A stretch of 64,000 bases of DNA from Malacoraja senta (taxonomy: Eukaryota): assembly GCA_038087875.1 (NCBI GenBank), contig CM075989.1, positions 6,822,001 to 6,886,000 on the forward strand, in the 5' to 3' direction. The notes below the pieces were generated by a model, which saw nothing but the letters and a program-made list of their open reading frames with translations, was not told the DNA's origin and did not search any database. Of the stretch, positions 22,851 to 34,390 are shown piece after piece (the stretch's first letter is position 1; each line of letters opens with the position of its first letter). The position numbers and the translations under genes are program-made.

Positions 22851-25800
22851 ATGGCCACCTCGTGTCGAAAGCCTGACATTCTGGTGTTTGACTCGGACAT
22901 CGTCCACCGGTGGACTATTTTCCGGCGCGACTTCCAGCACTATGTCGCCATCGCTCATCCTAATATTACCCCTGCGATTACAGCACATCTGCTCCTCAAC
23001 CTGGCTGGCCCGGAGGCCATGGAACGTTCTGAATCTTTTGAGTACGCCGCTGGTGAGAATGCAGAGGACCCCGTGTGTCTCATCAATAAATTTGCCGCGC
23101 TGTGTGACATTCCCACCAACTCCGTTCTAGAGCGGTTCAAGTTTTTCAGCAGGCGCCAGAAACCCGGGGAGCACATCGATACCTTCGTGGCATCGCTGCG
23201 TCACCTGGCCCGGCGTTGCCACCTGGAGACGTTGACCGCCGATCAGTTGATCAGAGATGTCCTAGTTCACGGTCTACAGGACGTGAAGCTACGGGCTGAG
23301 CTTCTGAGAAAGCCGGACCTCACTTTAAACGACGCTTTGCATGCCTCTCGCATGTCTGCTGCTGTCGACGCCGTATCTCCCCCTGAAGCTGAGGACATTA
23401 ACTATGCCGGTGCTGCTGGACGTCCGCGGCGCGATGGCCCGCCACGCCAGCGTAGCACCCCTGCGCCTGCAAGGGCCAGCCCTCGCCGATGCCCAAACTG
23501 CAACTTTGTCAATCATCAATTTGATGTTTGCCCTGCTCTGGGCAAGATCTGTAATTTATGTAAGAAGCTTAATCACTTCTCCGCAGCGTGCCGTTCCAGG
23601 GGCCAGCCTGTCCCTGCTCCGAGAAAGAGTCTACACAGCCTGACTGCTACTGACATTGTTTATGACTCCGAATACCTTCCAGTCGAACTCCCTGATTCTG
23701 ATAACAGCTCCTCCCATGATGAATCGCTTGTTTTTTCAGTCCTGGGTGCACATGCTGTGATAGCTGATCCATCAGTTCGAGTTACTGTGAATGGGATGAC
23801 CTTCTCTGCTAAGGTAGATACGGGGGCGTTTACGAATATTATGTCGTTAAGTCTTTTTCAACAGATAAGAGCTGGTGAGAACATTACCGCTGATCACTCC
23901 CGCCTCCGTGCATATGGGGGGAGCATGCTATTCCCAGTCGGCAAGGCCACCCTTATCTGCTCAGTTCTGAAGGCCTCTCGGCCCCTCTCTTTCCTCCTGC
24001 TGGAATCTGAGAATGTTACTCTGTTGGGCGCCCGTGCGTGCCAGGACCTCGGTTTGGTGTCCTTCCACCACGACATCCACCCGGTGCAGACCCCCATGGA
24101 TCCCATGTGCGAGTACCCCGACCGTTTTGACGAAGTATTGGGCAAACTACCTTGCAAGTACGAAATCGAGGTGGACCCGGAGGTCCATCCGATAGTCCGC
24201 CCTCCTCACCGCGTCTCCTTTGCTATGAAGGACAAGGTGGAGTCCACTCTACGCCAGATGGTGGCCATGGGCATCATCAAGGAAGTGAGCGATGCTACCC
24301 GGTGGGTCTCCACCATGGTCGTTGCTGCTAAGAAGGACAAGAGTGAGATTCGGATCTGTATCAACCCCAAGGACCTAAACCTTGCCATCAAGCGCCCGCA
24401 CTACCCCATGCGAACGGTGGAGGATGTCGCTGCAAAGGTTGGCCCGGCCACTGTATTCTCTGTCCTCGATGCCAAGAACTCTTTCTGGCAGATTCCGCTG
24501 GATGAACGTTCATCTTTACTGACCACGTTTGGTACACCTTTCGGCAGGTTCCGTTTCCTCCGCATGCCTTTCGGGATCAATTCTGCCAGCGAGGTTTTCC
24601 AGCGCACCATGGAGCAGCTATTTGCAGGTCTGCCGTGTGCTATCATCGTTGATGACATCTTGGTGTACGGGAGGGACGTCGCTGAGCACGACCTCCACCT
24701 CCGTCTGGTCCTGGATCGGGCTCGGGAAATCAACCTCAAACTGAACCCCAAGAAGTGCCGTTTCCGCGTCCCAGAGGTCACCTACGTGGGCCACGTTTTT
24801 ACGGCCGAGGGTCTGAAACCAGACCCACAGAAGACAGCTGCGGTCTCAGAGATGCCAGCTCCGGTCGACGTGCCAAGCCTGCAACGCTTCTTGGGCATGA
24901 TGAACTATCTGGGGAAATTTATTCCCGACCTCAGCGAGCTGAGTGCGCCCCTGAGGGAACTGACCAAGGTGGACACTGCCTGGGTTTGGTACCCGCTACA
25001 TCAGGCAGCCTTCGATGACTTGAAATCCCGGCTGGTTCGCGCCCCCACTCTGAAGTTCTTCGACTTAAAGCGCCCTATCGTCATTACCTGCGATGCATCA
25101 AGTTTCGGTCTCGGTGCCGCCTGCCTGCAGATCCACGACCGCCTGCAGCTACCTGTCTCCTACGCCTCCCGCACCATGACCCCAACCGAGCAACGCTACG
25201 CTCAGATCGAGAAAGAGCTCCTTGCCGTGGTGTTTGCCTGCTCGAAGTTCAGGGACTACATTATAGGTAACACCTTCACTATCGAAACCGACCACCAGCC
25301 GCTGGTCACGATCTTAAACAAACCGATCCACGTTGCCTCTTCCCGTTTGCAGCGCATGATGCTGCAACTCCAACGCTTCACGTTTCAAATCGTGTACCGC
25401 AAGGGCAAGGACATGTTTGTGGCCGACACGCTGTCGCGCGCACCGCTGGCTTCTACAGCCCGCCACCCGTACGAGTCATCCGACCTGATGGTGCTAAACG
25501 TCAACTTCATGCCCTCCCAGCAGTTGCAGTCCCTGATTCACCACACCGCCAATGATCCTGCCCTGCAACAGCTTATAGACGTCATCCGTCGCGGCTGGCC
25601 TGACCGTCGCTCACCCCTGCCGGCTGGTGCTGCCCCCTACTTCCTAGTCCGGGACGAACTTGTGCTGCAGGGAGGCGTGGTGGTGAAGGGCCACAAGGTT
25701 GTGGTGCCTGCCGCTCTGCGGGACCACTATTTCCAAACTGCCCACAACGGCCATCCCGGTGCCGATGCCACCCTGTCCCAGGCCCAGAGCCAATTTTATT

Positions 25801-26969
25801 GGCCCAGCATGGCACAGGACATCCGGGAGAGGGTCTCTGCCTGCTCCACCTGCAATACCCTCTCTCCCCACCAGCAACGCCAGCCACTCCTGCAACAGCC
25901 TGCCCCCGCCCTGGCGTGGATGGCGGTCGCTACGGACATATTTGAGTGGCGTGGCAAACATTTCCTGGTCCTGGTCGACTCTTACTCCAGCTGGTTCGAG
26001 ATTAAGCGTCTGCACTCCCTCACTTCTGCTGCGGTCATCGGGACGTTGCAACCCCTCTTTGCAACCTTTGGCATTCCTGTGACTGTGCAGTCTGACAACG
26101 GGGGCCAGTTCACGAGTGCTGAGTTCCGCGCATTCGCCGCCGCCTACAACTTTCGCCACATCACCAGCAGCCCGGAGTACCCGCAGAGCAACGGCCTTGC
26201 TGAGCGCGCCGTCCGCAGTGCCAAGGAGCTGCTGGAACATTGCAGACTGTCGCATTCGGATTTTTATCTCGCTCTACTGAATCTCCGAAATATTAGTCGC
26301 GACCCTGCCATGGGCTCACCGGCTCAACGGCTCATGTCCCGCACCACTCGCCCTCCAATCCCTGTCTCCCAGCGGTCGCTACGGCCCGCAGTCCGCAGCC
26401 CTGCTGCTGTCCAGAAGCGTATTACCCAGAAACAGGTCGTCCAGAAGCGCTCCCACGACAAGTCATGCCGTCCCCTTCAGCCCCTCTTCGAGGGCCAGGT
26501 CGTCCGGATGCAGTCCCCCTCCGGACACCACCGCTTGGCTGTTGTCGTCGGCTTTGCCGACTCTCCGCGCTCTTACCTGGTTGACTACGAGGGCACAATC
26601 TACCGCCGGTCCCGCCAGCATTTGCTGCCGGTCAACGAGCCCGCTCCGCCTCCCGCAGCCCCTTTTGCTCCCCCGGTTGCCGCCTCGTTGCCTCCCGCTC
26701 TTCTGCCCTCGCAACCCTTGGCGCCCCGTTCTCCCGCTGCTCCTCCTGGCCCCCCCCATCAGCCATCTCCCGCTCGCGTGCCCGTTGCGGTGCCCTTGTC
26801 TCCTCCCCGGTCTCCTCGTTCTCCCCCTCCTGCTCACTCCCCTTTCGGTTCACCTGTCGCCGCTCCTGCCCCGGTGCCCACTCTACCTTCGAAGGGGGGG
26901 GGAGGCGGGCTGCATACCCGCTTCGGGCGTCTGGTCAAGCCGCCTGAACGTTACGGGGAGTTTGCTTGA
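22851..26969 (+). CDS. Gag-Pol polyprotein, 1372 aa (Gag with two CCHC knuckles, PR, RT, RNase H, IN)
   Basis: CPNC..H..C and CNLC..H..C knuckles; KVDTGA; LDAKNSFWQI, RMPFGI, IVDD; CDAS..GLGA, YAQIEKELLA, TDHQPL; HNGH..CSTC; DIF, SDNG, AERA; no stops. Confidence 0.96.
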   Translation: MATSCRKPDILVFDSDIVHRWTIFRRDFQHYVAIAHPNITPAITAHLLLNLAGPEAMERSESFEYAAGENAEDPVCLINKFAALCDIPTNSVLERFKFFSRRQKPGEHIDTFVASLRHLARRCHLETLTADQLIRDVLVHGLQDVKLRAELLRKPDLTLNDALHASRMSAAVDAVSPPEAEDINYAGAAGRPRRDGPPRQRSTPAPARASPRRCPNCNFVNHQFDVCPALGKICNLCKKLNHFSAACRSRGQPVPAPRKSLHSLTATDIVYDSEYLPVELPDSDNSSSHDESLVFSVLGAHAVIADPSVRVTVNGMTFSAKVDTGAFTNIMSLSLFQQIRAGENITADHSRLRAYGGSMLFPVGKATLICSVLKASRPLSFLLLESENVTLLGARACQDLGLVSFHHDIHPVQTPMDPMCEYPDRFDEVLGKLPCKYEIEVDPEVHPIVRPPHRVSFAMKDKVESTLRQMVAMGIIKEVSDATRWVSTMVVAAKKDKSEIRICINPKDLNLAIKRPHYPMRTVEDVAAKVGPATVFSVLDAKNSFWQIPLDERSSLLTTFGTPFGRFRFLRMPFGINSASEVFQRTMEQLFAGLPCAIIVDDILVYGRDVAEHDLHLRLVLDRAREINLKLNPKKCRFRVPEVTYVGHVFTAEGLKPDPQKTAAVSEMPAPVDVPSLQRFLGMMNYLGKFIPDLSELSAPLRELTKVDTAWVWYPLHQAAFDDLKSRLVRAPTLKFFDLKRPIVITCDASSFGLGAACLQIHDRLQLPVSYASRTMTPTEQRYAQIEKELLAVVFACSKFRDYIIGNTFTIETDHQPLVTILNKPIHVASSRLQRMMLQLQRFTFQIVYRKGKDMFVADTLSRAPLASTARHPYESSDLMVLNVNFMPSQQLQSLIHHTANDPALQQLIDVIRRGWPDRRSPLPAGAAPYFLVRDELVLQGGVVVKGHKVVVPAALRDHYFQTAHNGHPGADATLSQAQSQFYWPSMAQDIRERVSACSTCNTLSPHQQRQPLLQQPAPALAWMAVATDIFEWRGKHFLVLVDSYSSWFEIKRLHSLTSAAVIGTLQPLFATFGIPVTVQSDNGGQFTSAEFRAFAAAYNFRHITSSPEYPQSNGLAERAVRSAKELLEHCRLSHSDFYLALLNLRNISRDPAMGSPAQRLMSRTTRPPIPVSQRSLRPAVRSPAAVQKRITQKQVVQKRSHDKSCRPLQPLFEGQVVRMQSPSGHHRLAVVVGFADSPRSYLVDYEGTIYRRSRQHLLPVNEPAPPPAAPFAPPVAASLPPALLPSQPLAPRSPAAPPGPPHQPSPARVPVAVPLSPPRSPRSPPPAHSPFGSPVAAPAPVPTLPSKGGGGGLHTRFGRLVKPPERYGEFA

Positions 26970-27063
26970 ATGTTTTAAGTTTTTTCCTGACGATGTACGC
27001 GCGGGTTTGTGCCTAGCGTATGAGTCGTGGTCTCACTGTCATCATTGCTATGTTTCCCTTTTC

Positions 27064-27074
27064 AAGGGGAAGGA
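27064..27074 (+). promoter_or_regulatory. Polypurine tract
   Basis: AAGGGGAAGGA abutting the 3' LTR. Confidence 0.9.
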
Positions 27075-27284
27075 TGTAGAGCCGTGCATGTTCCTTTAAC
27101 ATGGTGACCTCACTTCTACTAACCACTCCCCATTAGCTTCAGTATAAATGTAACCTTCCCACCCCTAGCTCGCTCTCTAGCTCCGGTAACGGACCACGGA
27201 CAGCTAGGGCAATATGTGTGTATACGAATACAATGTATGCAATAAACTAGAGTGAAGACACCCTGTGTTTGGACAGTCTTTACA
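27075..27284 (+). repeat. 3' LTR
   Basis: Identical to the 5' LTR by eye. Confidence 0.98.
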
Positions 27285-27929
27285 ATGGATACTTTTTGTT
27301 TAATGGTAAAAGCTAAGTACGTTTTCAGAAACTTCTGACGTAAATTTCCATTGGACATTTTTTAATGGGTTCCTCATTCATTAATTCCTCTGTTCATGTT
27401 CCAGGAACAAAACTAGGCCATTTGGCCCATCATGTCTATTCCACCTTTCAATCATGGCTGATCTTTCGCTCTTAACGCCATTCTCCTGCATTCTCCCCAT
27501 AACCCCTGACACCCCGGCTAATGATTAGTGAGTTAAACTCTCCTTCAAGAGCTTGTAATCATTAAAAACATTTTGATCAAACTCCAAAAATCCATCTGAT
27601 GTGAATTTGTGTTATCATTTGCACCCACACCAAATATACACGTCATTGGTGTTATTACTGACTGTAGCATCAACATTGAGTGTTGCAGACTTCTGACTGC
27701 AGGCAAGGCCCTTCTGCAATGACTGGTGATGTAGTGTTCATACAATCATCCTTTCTTTATCTCGTACACTCCGTTGAGCTTGTTTCTTTAATATAGTAAT
27801 ACGTGGATTTGTATAAAGAAGGGTAAGACACCAATAAAAGCCCTGCCCCTCCATTTAACACAGGGATTTTTAGTCCAGTATGGCAAATGGCATTAGTACA
27901 AGTGATGGTTACACTGAAGGTTAGTACTA

Positions 27930-28597
27930 GGGACGCCGCATTGAAGGCAGCCTCTGCCTACAGTCTGTTTGTTTTTCTATCTTTTTTTTATTTTTAGTTA
28001 GTTTTAAAAGTATGTTCTTTAGTTTCTCTAACTTTTCTATGTGGGGGAGGGGGGTAGGGTAAGGGGGAAACCGTTTCCCAGTCACTTCCTGGTGAGGACG
28101 TGACTATTCTCTGAGTCGCGTCCTCGCCCCCCTCCTCGCGGCCTACCACCTGGATTGGAGCGGCCTTTCCTGCCGGGGACCGGACCAGAGCTCCAGCAGT
28201 GGCGGCGCAATGCTGGATTCACAGCGGAGCGGGCGATGCCTTACCTGGGATCGCCGTGGAGGCTCCGGAGCGCTGGGCCTGCTGCATCAACATCGGAGCT
28301 GCAGAGCTTCCAGCGCGGCCGGCGCTGTCTTCAACATTGCGGAGACCTGGGGCCATTTGCCGAGGGCCGCCAGCGTTGAATCTCCGCCCGGCGCGGTCTG
28401 TGGACTTCGGGAGCCGTGGACTCTGGTAGGAGGTGGCCGTTTCGGATGTCCAAGCTGCGGAGGATGCCCTCCAGTCCCGACGTCGGTCTTCCATCACCCC
28501 GGCGAGCGGGCTTGAACATCGGGCCGCCCATAATGGCGACAGCGGGGACTCGGGAGCCCCCCCGACCAAGGGAGGACAACAGAGGAGGATGACTGAG
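27930..28597 (+). mobile_element. GC-rich retroposon copy lacking its own 3' end, abutting an HE1 SINE tail (28598-28684)
   Basis: Body blocks cctcgcggcctacc, ggagcggcctttcctgccgggga and gagcgggcgatgccttacc are shared with 47947-48842. Confidence 0.72.
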
Positions 28598-28684
28598 TAG
28601 GATAGTGCCAGTGTACAGGGATCGCATGTCAGCGCGGACTCGGTGGGCTGAAGGGCCTGTTTCCACGCTATATCTCTAGACTAA

Positions 28685-31600
28685 AAGCCCTGTTACACTG
28701 TGTGAGTTGACCCACGAGGTACCCCAAGTGAAAGACTCGTGGTTGCATACGAGACTACAAGTTTATGATCCGGAGTTTAACCGAGTTCCCACGGGTATGT
28801 CTAAGTTTGCCGTTTACTTCTCATTTCTGCGATGTTCCAAGTTCGTCTCCCGAGTGTACCAAGTTCCTCTCCCGTTAATCTAGCAATGTTACAAAATTTT
28901 GAGATTTAAAAAATAAAGTCTGCAATTTATCCCATCAGATAAAGCATAAAAAGAAGTTTAATTTGACACTTAATTCACTTTCATATCTTCAGTATTAAAA
29001 AAGTTATGGCCATTATCATACTCAGAAATTAGCATCTAGTTCCCTATTGCTTTTCCATTGACTTAACACAAAAGCTGTGATCGAGGACAGTTAAAAGCCC
29101 ATAACTTTCTTAAAAATTATGGTAACTGAAAGAAATGTTCAGGTATTATAGATTGAAGCATTCTGAAACAAATATGAAACAATCTTACTTCGAAGACATG
29201 AAAGTAAAGCATATAATTAGTTAGTTACCTAATTGTAGCTAATTACAAAATTCAATTACTAGATCTAAACATGTATCAATTTCTTAAGAATAGATTAACA
29301 TTTTTAAATAGCCTAAGTGTCCAAATAACATTCACACAATAATTCACAATATAACATAATTTTTAAATCTAATTTTCATGAATTTACAGGCCAAATGGAA
29401 GGAATTAATGGGCATTTAATTCATCTTGCGAGTGAGGATTACTGGAACGCGATCTTTTGGAACGTTGATTTGCGGTGAATTTAACCCCGTATTGGCATGA
29501 AAAATACTGCCGTTAATTCGGGGAATAAAATCACCGTGTCGCATGAAAAAATGTGAATTAAAGGCTTCTTAAGAAGCACTTTTATACATTTAAAGAAAGC
29601 ACTTTCGTTTACCTGTCCATTGTGTGAAATCCGTCCCCGTTATCGGCGTTGACGCTTCAGGAGCTGCTTTTAAAATGACTGTAGCGCTGACATTGACGAT
29701 TTAATAAAAATAAAAAATTCACAAAACGCCGGTAGGAACGATTTTGTCAGCTAAGGTTTGTACTCCAACAAAATATTTCCAGGACAAGGGAGGAGAAACC
29801 GCGTTTTAACCCCGCCCCCCCCTTAAAGGCGCCAAAATCGCGCACACGGCCAGTGGCAGAATTACAGCGCGACTGAAGGTAAGTTTTGTAACATACCTAG
29901 TTAATCTTGAGGCAACAATGTATATCGACGTGTTTCTCAGCTGAATTAGTATATAGTGGAAATACTTTTATTTGTGCTTCATTTGTTGATTTGCATGTTT
30001 GAGAAGCCCTTTTTCAGACCACTGTGTTGTTTGCTGTGGTGCTCCTTTTCTCAATATGTGCAAAAAAGCGTTTTTAATATTGAACAAGATGAATAAAGAC
30101 TTTGTTTCACATTCACCGTGCTGTTTGTCTTATTTTCTGATCTACTGAGAGGGGACAATTTTAAACATTTAAAAAGCACAGGATATGAGGCAGCTGAGTC
30201 CTTAACTCTCACAAATGATTGTGAGAATCAAGATGTGAATATATTTTGCCTTCCTTTATTTTGTGTTTTATGATGAAAGGAATATTACATTCAAGTCATG
30301 AGACTTTGTAGTGATATTAAAATGAAGACTTCCAGACATCAATTTGATCTTGATAGCAAAGAACTCTCTTTTATTGTGCAATGAAGTATACAAACAGTGA
30401 GAATCAAATGGATCAGTAAAAAGTTTTTCAACACTTTAAGCTATTAGTAAAAGTGGGAGTATCCAAAAGATAACAAAATATGATCAAACAGGCAAAAAAC
30501 AACATATACAGATAAGAATGAACATCAGAGGGATAACGGAACTAATCTCCCAGGTCTGTCCCTTCATCAAATGGTGATTCTGCTCCACTAAGACGGCCGT
30601 CTCCATATTCAGATTGCAAAGCAGCTAACGCAGCAGGCTGCAGCTCTGTATAACTGAGTGGTGATGGGTGGTGTCTCTGAAAAATAAGTTTGAAGTACAT
30701 ATTTTTCAAAGTCTCTCATAGGAAACAATGAGCGTATAGAGCCCAGGGAGAGGGGGAGAAAGGGACGTACACTCACAGAGGCAGAGTCTCTCAGCCTGTG
30801 TGAGAGGGAGGGAGGGAGAGAGAGACACACACACAAGGTGGATGTGAAATCTCACCTACCTGTTTCAGTGACAGGCACCCGCAGCCAGTGAATGAAGACA
30901 CCCCCATCTGTCTCCCCCTCCTCTCCCTCCACTCTCCACCCTCTCTCCTCCACCCCACCCCCCTCACCCCCCCTCCCCCAATTTGGAAATGTCATCCCAT
31001 CACCCATTCCTTCTCTCCAGAGATGCTGCCTGCCCGCTGAGTTAGAGTTCCCACTTGCAGCAGCATAACAGGCCAGTAAACACAATACTCATAGATAATA
31101 TACTAAACAAACAAAATATATATTAAAAAATCCAGTATTATTGCAAAAATCCCAAAGTCCTTAGTGCAACCATGGCAGTTTGTAGTTCATAGTTTAGTTA
31201 GCATTTGCAGCGTTCAAGAGCCCGATGGTTGTTGGGAAGAAGCTGTTCTTGAACCTGGAGGTCATGGTTTTCAGATTCTTATACCTTCTGCTCAGCAGGA
31301 ATGAAATGAGAGCATGGCCAGGGTAGTGTGGGTCCATGACAATGCTGGCTGCCTTTTTGAGGCAGCACCTCATATAGAACCCTTTGATTCAGTAAAGTTC
31401 AGTAAAGAGATCGGGAATCTGGCATCATGGCTTGAGAATAAAACCCAGCCTTTAACATCCGCATAATGAAAGAGTTGGTGTTGTCCTACGGAACAGGGGT
31501 GCAGGAGAGGTGAACACAACCCTGTCTTCTTCAACAGCACTGGTAGAGATGGCTTCTGGACGTGACTGGCAAACCTCAGATTAGGCTGCCATGAAGTGTC

Positions 31601-32122
31601 ATAAAATGTTCTCACGCTCTTCCTCAATACTGGTTTGTCTTAAGGTTGTGAGCTCAGTCCCAAATACACAAAATCAATATTATAAACTTCAAGTAATTTT
31701 TTCTTTTCAACCCACTCTGTCACCTTATCAATAACTTTTACTTTGTTAAGCAGAATTTGTCTTTAAAAAGTCTAAGTAACTGATATTTCTGTCCCTGATT
31801 ATTGTTTCTAAAAAGAGTTCCCACGGTAGAATTACGAGTCACAAAGGTAAACGCACGGGCCACTACGTTCTTACAACGAGTTGAAATGTTTCACATTTTA
31901 ACCTCAAGAGTACATTTTACTCGTGGAAAAGTTCAAACATGTTTGAACTTTTTCAAGAGTTAACAAGTTTCACGGGTAACTGCCGTTAGCGCCACGAGTC
32001 GCTAAGTTGCGTCCACGAGTTCCGACATTCCCGCTACGTTAATTGTACGTGATTACCACGAGTTAAATTTGTTTTAAACTCGGGGTACCTCGTGGGTCAG
32101 CTCGCGCAGTGTAACAGGGGTT
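28685..32122. mobile_element. Non-autonomous PIF/Harbinger-like DNA transposon, 3.4 kb including nested inserts
   Basis: About 45-bp TIRs (aagccctgttacactg...acccacgaggtacccc / ggggtacctcgtgggtc...cagtgtaacaggggtt); TAA TSD at 28682-28684 and 32123-32125. Confidence 0.85.
28881..29899. mobile_element. Unclassified non-autonomous TIR element nested in the Harbinger
   Basis: Termini TAGCAATGTTACAAAA / TTTTGTAACATACCTA; 7-bp TSD GTTAATC (28874-28880, 29900-29906). Confidence 0.8.
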
Positions 32123-33109
32123 TAACCCTGTCATCGCCCCCTAGCAATATCTTTCTGCTTGGCAAATGAACACAATTTAAATGTGTATTGCTTTTGTAAA
32201 GAGCAGAAACTGCAGAAATAGTTATAACTAAGTTTACCCTTACAGAAAGGGAATGAATGGTGTTCTGAATTCTGCGCTTGTTAGCGTTGCTTCCAAGGGC
32301 TGGTCTAATTCAGTTTAGATTTCCCTTTTCACTTCTGCGCTGGGAATTGATAAGATCTGGTTGTGGTACTCAACTCCCCAATGATATTGCATCCCTTATG
32401 GCTCCTTCAGTTCTATGTCATGTTGATTCTCTTTCAGGCCACTTTGCCTCTGGGTCACGAGGCTGTAAGTCTGAGCTTGCGCTGCATTTTGAAAGTCTAA
32501 TCGAGATGGACACAGAGCCACAATGGAATGCCTGTGCGATGTTTAAATCCATCCTTTGGTCAAACTGAGTCCTCACCTGTCTCTTTAATTCAACCAATCA
32601 TTAAGGAACCCAGGGCGCAATTTAAAGAAATGCATGGAATATTTCAATTTTCATGGTCAAACAAGAGGTATTCACTTCTAACTTATGATGTTGTGAGTAG
32701 GATGACTGGTGCTGAAGGTACAGAAGCTTGAAAGTGTACACCACCAGTCTGATTTACTTCTATAATCAGGTCCTCCCAGCATTGTCTGATTTAGAACGAA
32801 GATAGACACAAAAAGCTGGAGTAACTCAGCGGGACAGGCAGAGGTTACCTCTAATTTACCTCTATTATGTTTGATTGACCTTTATTCCATTGTGGACATC
32901 GGACCTTGCCAATGGAACTGATGCGCTAAATTGCTGAGAACTATATTCTGCACTCTGTATCTTCCACTTTTGCTCTATCTATTGTACTTGTTTGAACTGA
33001 TTTGTAGCTATGTATGGGATATATGTTCTGTTTAGGTAGCACGTAAAACAGAGCTTTTCACTGTACATTTGACAATAATAAACCTAAACCTGATATTAAT
33101 TATTGCACT

Positions 33110-33440
33110 AAAATAGTCAAGAGACTGTGCATCTACCCGATCTATCCCTCTCATTTTATACACCTCTATAAGATCACCTCTCATCCTCCTGTGCTCCAAG
33201 GAATAGAGTCCCAGCCTACTCAACCTCCCCTTATAGCTCCGACCTCTGAGTCCTGGCAACATCCTCGTAAATCTTGACAACATCTTTCCTATAACTTAGT
33301 GCCCAGTACTGAATACAGTACTCTAAATGTGGACTCACCAACATCTTATACAACTCCAACATGACCTCCCAACTTCTATTCTCAATACTGTGACTGATGA
33401 AGGCCAGTGTGCCAAAACATGAAGGCCAATGTGCCAAAAT
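33110..33440 (-). mobile_element. CR1 ORF2 C-terminal fragment
   Basis: LELYKMLVSPHLEYCIQYW; RFTRMLPGL...RRMRGDLIEVYK. Confidence 0.85.
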
Positions 33441-33716
33441 GGGTTATGGTTTGGATAGGAACCATACATCTGCTGCTCTTGGTGGTAAATATCTTGGGCT
33501 TGGAGCACTGTGCCGGCGGTCCAGGTGATTAATATTCATGCATTTTGTGGATGGATCAGCTACAATGCATCTGAGACTAATGTGGAGTGGGCAAGGAGAT
33601 CCTTACTTGATTTTCTGCCTGGGAAAAGAAGGATTCAGAGCAGAAATGGAGAAAGTAGAAGACATATGGATGAGAGGCCTGTTAACTATTGTGGAGGAAA
33701 AGACTTCTTTAAGGGC

Positions 33717-34015
33717 GGGCGGCACGGTGGCGCAGCGGGAGAGTTGATGCCTTCCAGCCCCAGAGACACGGGTTTGATCCTGACCACTGATGCTGTCTGT
33801 ATGGAGTTTATACGTTCTCCCCGTGACCTGCGTGGGTTTTCTCCGGGTGCTCCAATTTTCTCCCACACTCCAAAGACATACAGGATTTGTAGTTTGGTAA
33901 AATTGTAAATTGCCCATCGTGTGTGTAGGATAGCGTTAGTGCACGGGGTGATCGCTGGTTAGTGTACGTGGACTGCTGGTCGGTGTGGACTTGGTGGGCC
34001 GAACATTGAAACTAA
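33717..34015 (+). mobile_element. HE1-like SINE
   Basis: ggcggcacggtggcgcagcgg head, V-domain-like core and tail. Confidence 0.85.
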
Positions 34016-34182
34016 AAGGAAAATATAAGGTTTCGCGAAAGTGCTGACGGAAGGAAGGTGCTTCATTAGAATGTGAACAACAGAGTTGGAGAGATTGGAT
34101 GAATGGAAGGGAGTCCTTGGAGAAAGAAGGGTGGGAAAAAGTATACTCAGCGTCGTTATAGAGTCTGTGGAAATCTTAGAGC

Positions 34183-34390
34183 GTGAGGCAGCATCTATGG
34201 AGAGAAGGAATGGGCGATGTTTCGGGTCGAGACCCTTCTTCAGACTGGTCCACTTCAGTCTGAAGAAGGGTTTCGACCCAAAACGTCGCCCATTCCTTCT
34301 CTCCATAGATGCTGCCTCACCCGCTGAGTTACTCCAGCATTTTGTGTCTACCTTCGATTTTACCAGCATCTGCAGTTCCTTCTTACACAT
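34183..34390. mobile_element. ORF-less Penelope terminus pair in inverted orientation
   Basis: 65-bp arms 34183-34247 and 34256-34320 with an 8-nt spacer; flanking GGAAATCTTA duplication (34169-34178, 34394-34403). Confidence 0.8.

Larger units (their letters stand above)
22549..27284 (+). mobile_element. Full-length Ty3/Gypsy LTR retrotransposon (Mag-like)
   Basis: Identical 210-bp TG...CA LTRs; 5-bp TSD ATGGA (22544-22548, 27285-27289); PBS, PPT and intact ORF. Confidence 0.98.

Noticed and set aside
26542..27099. Possible env or extra ORF at the Gypsy 3' end
   Set aside because: Alternative frame of the Pro-rich tail that runs into the LTR; no signal peptide or transmembrane pattern.
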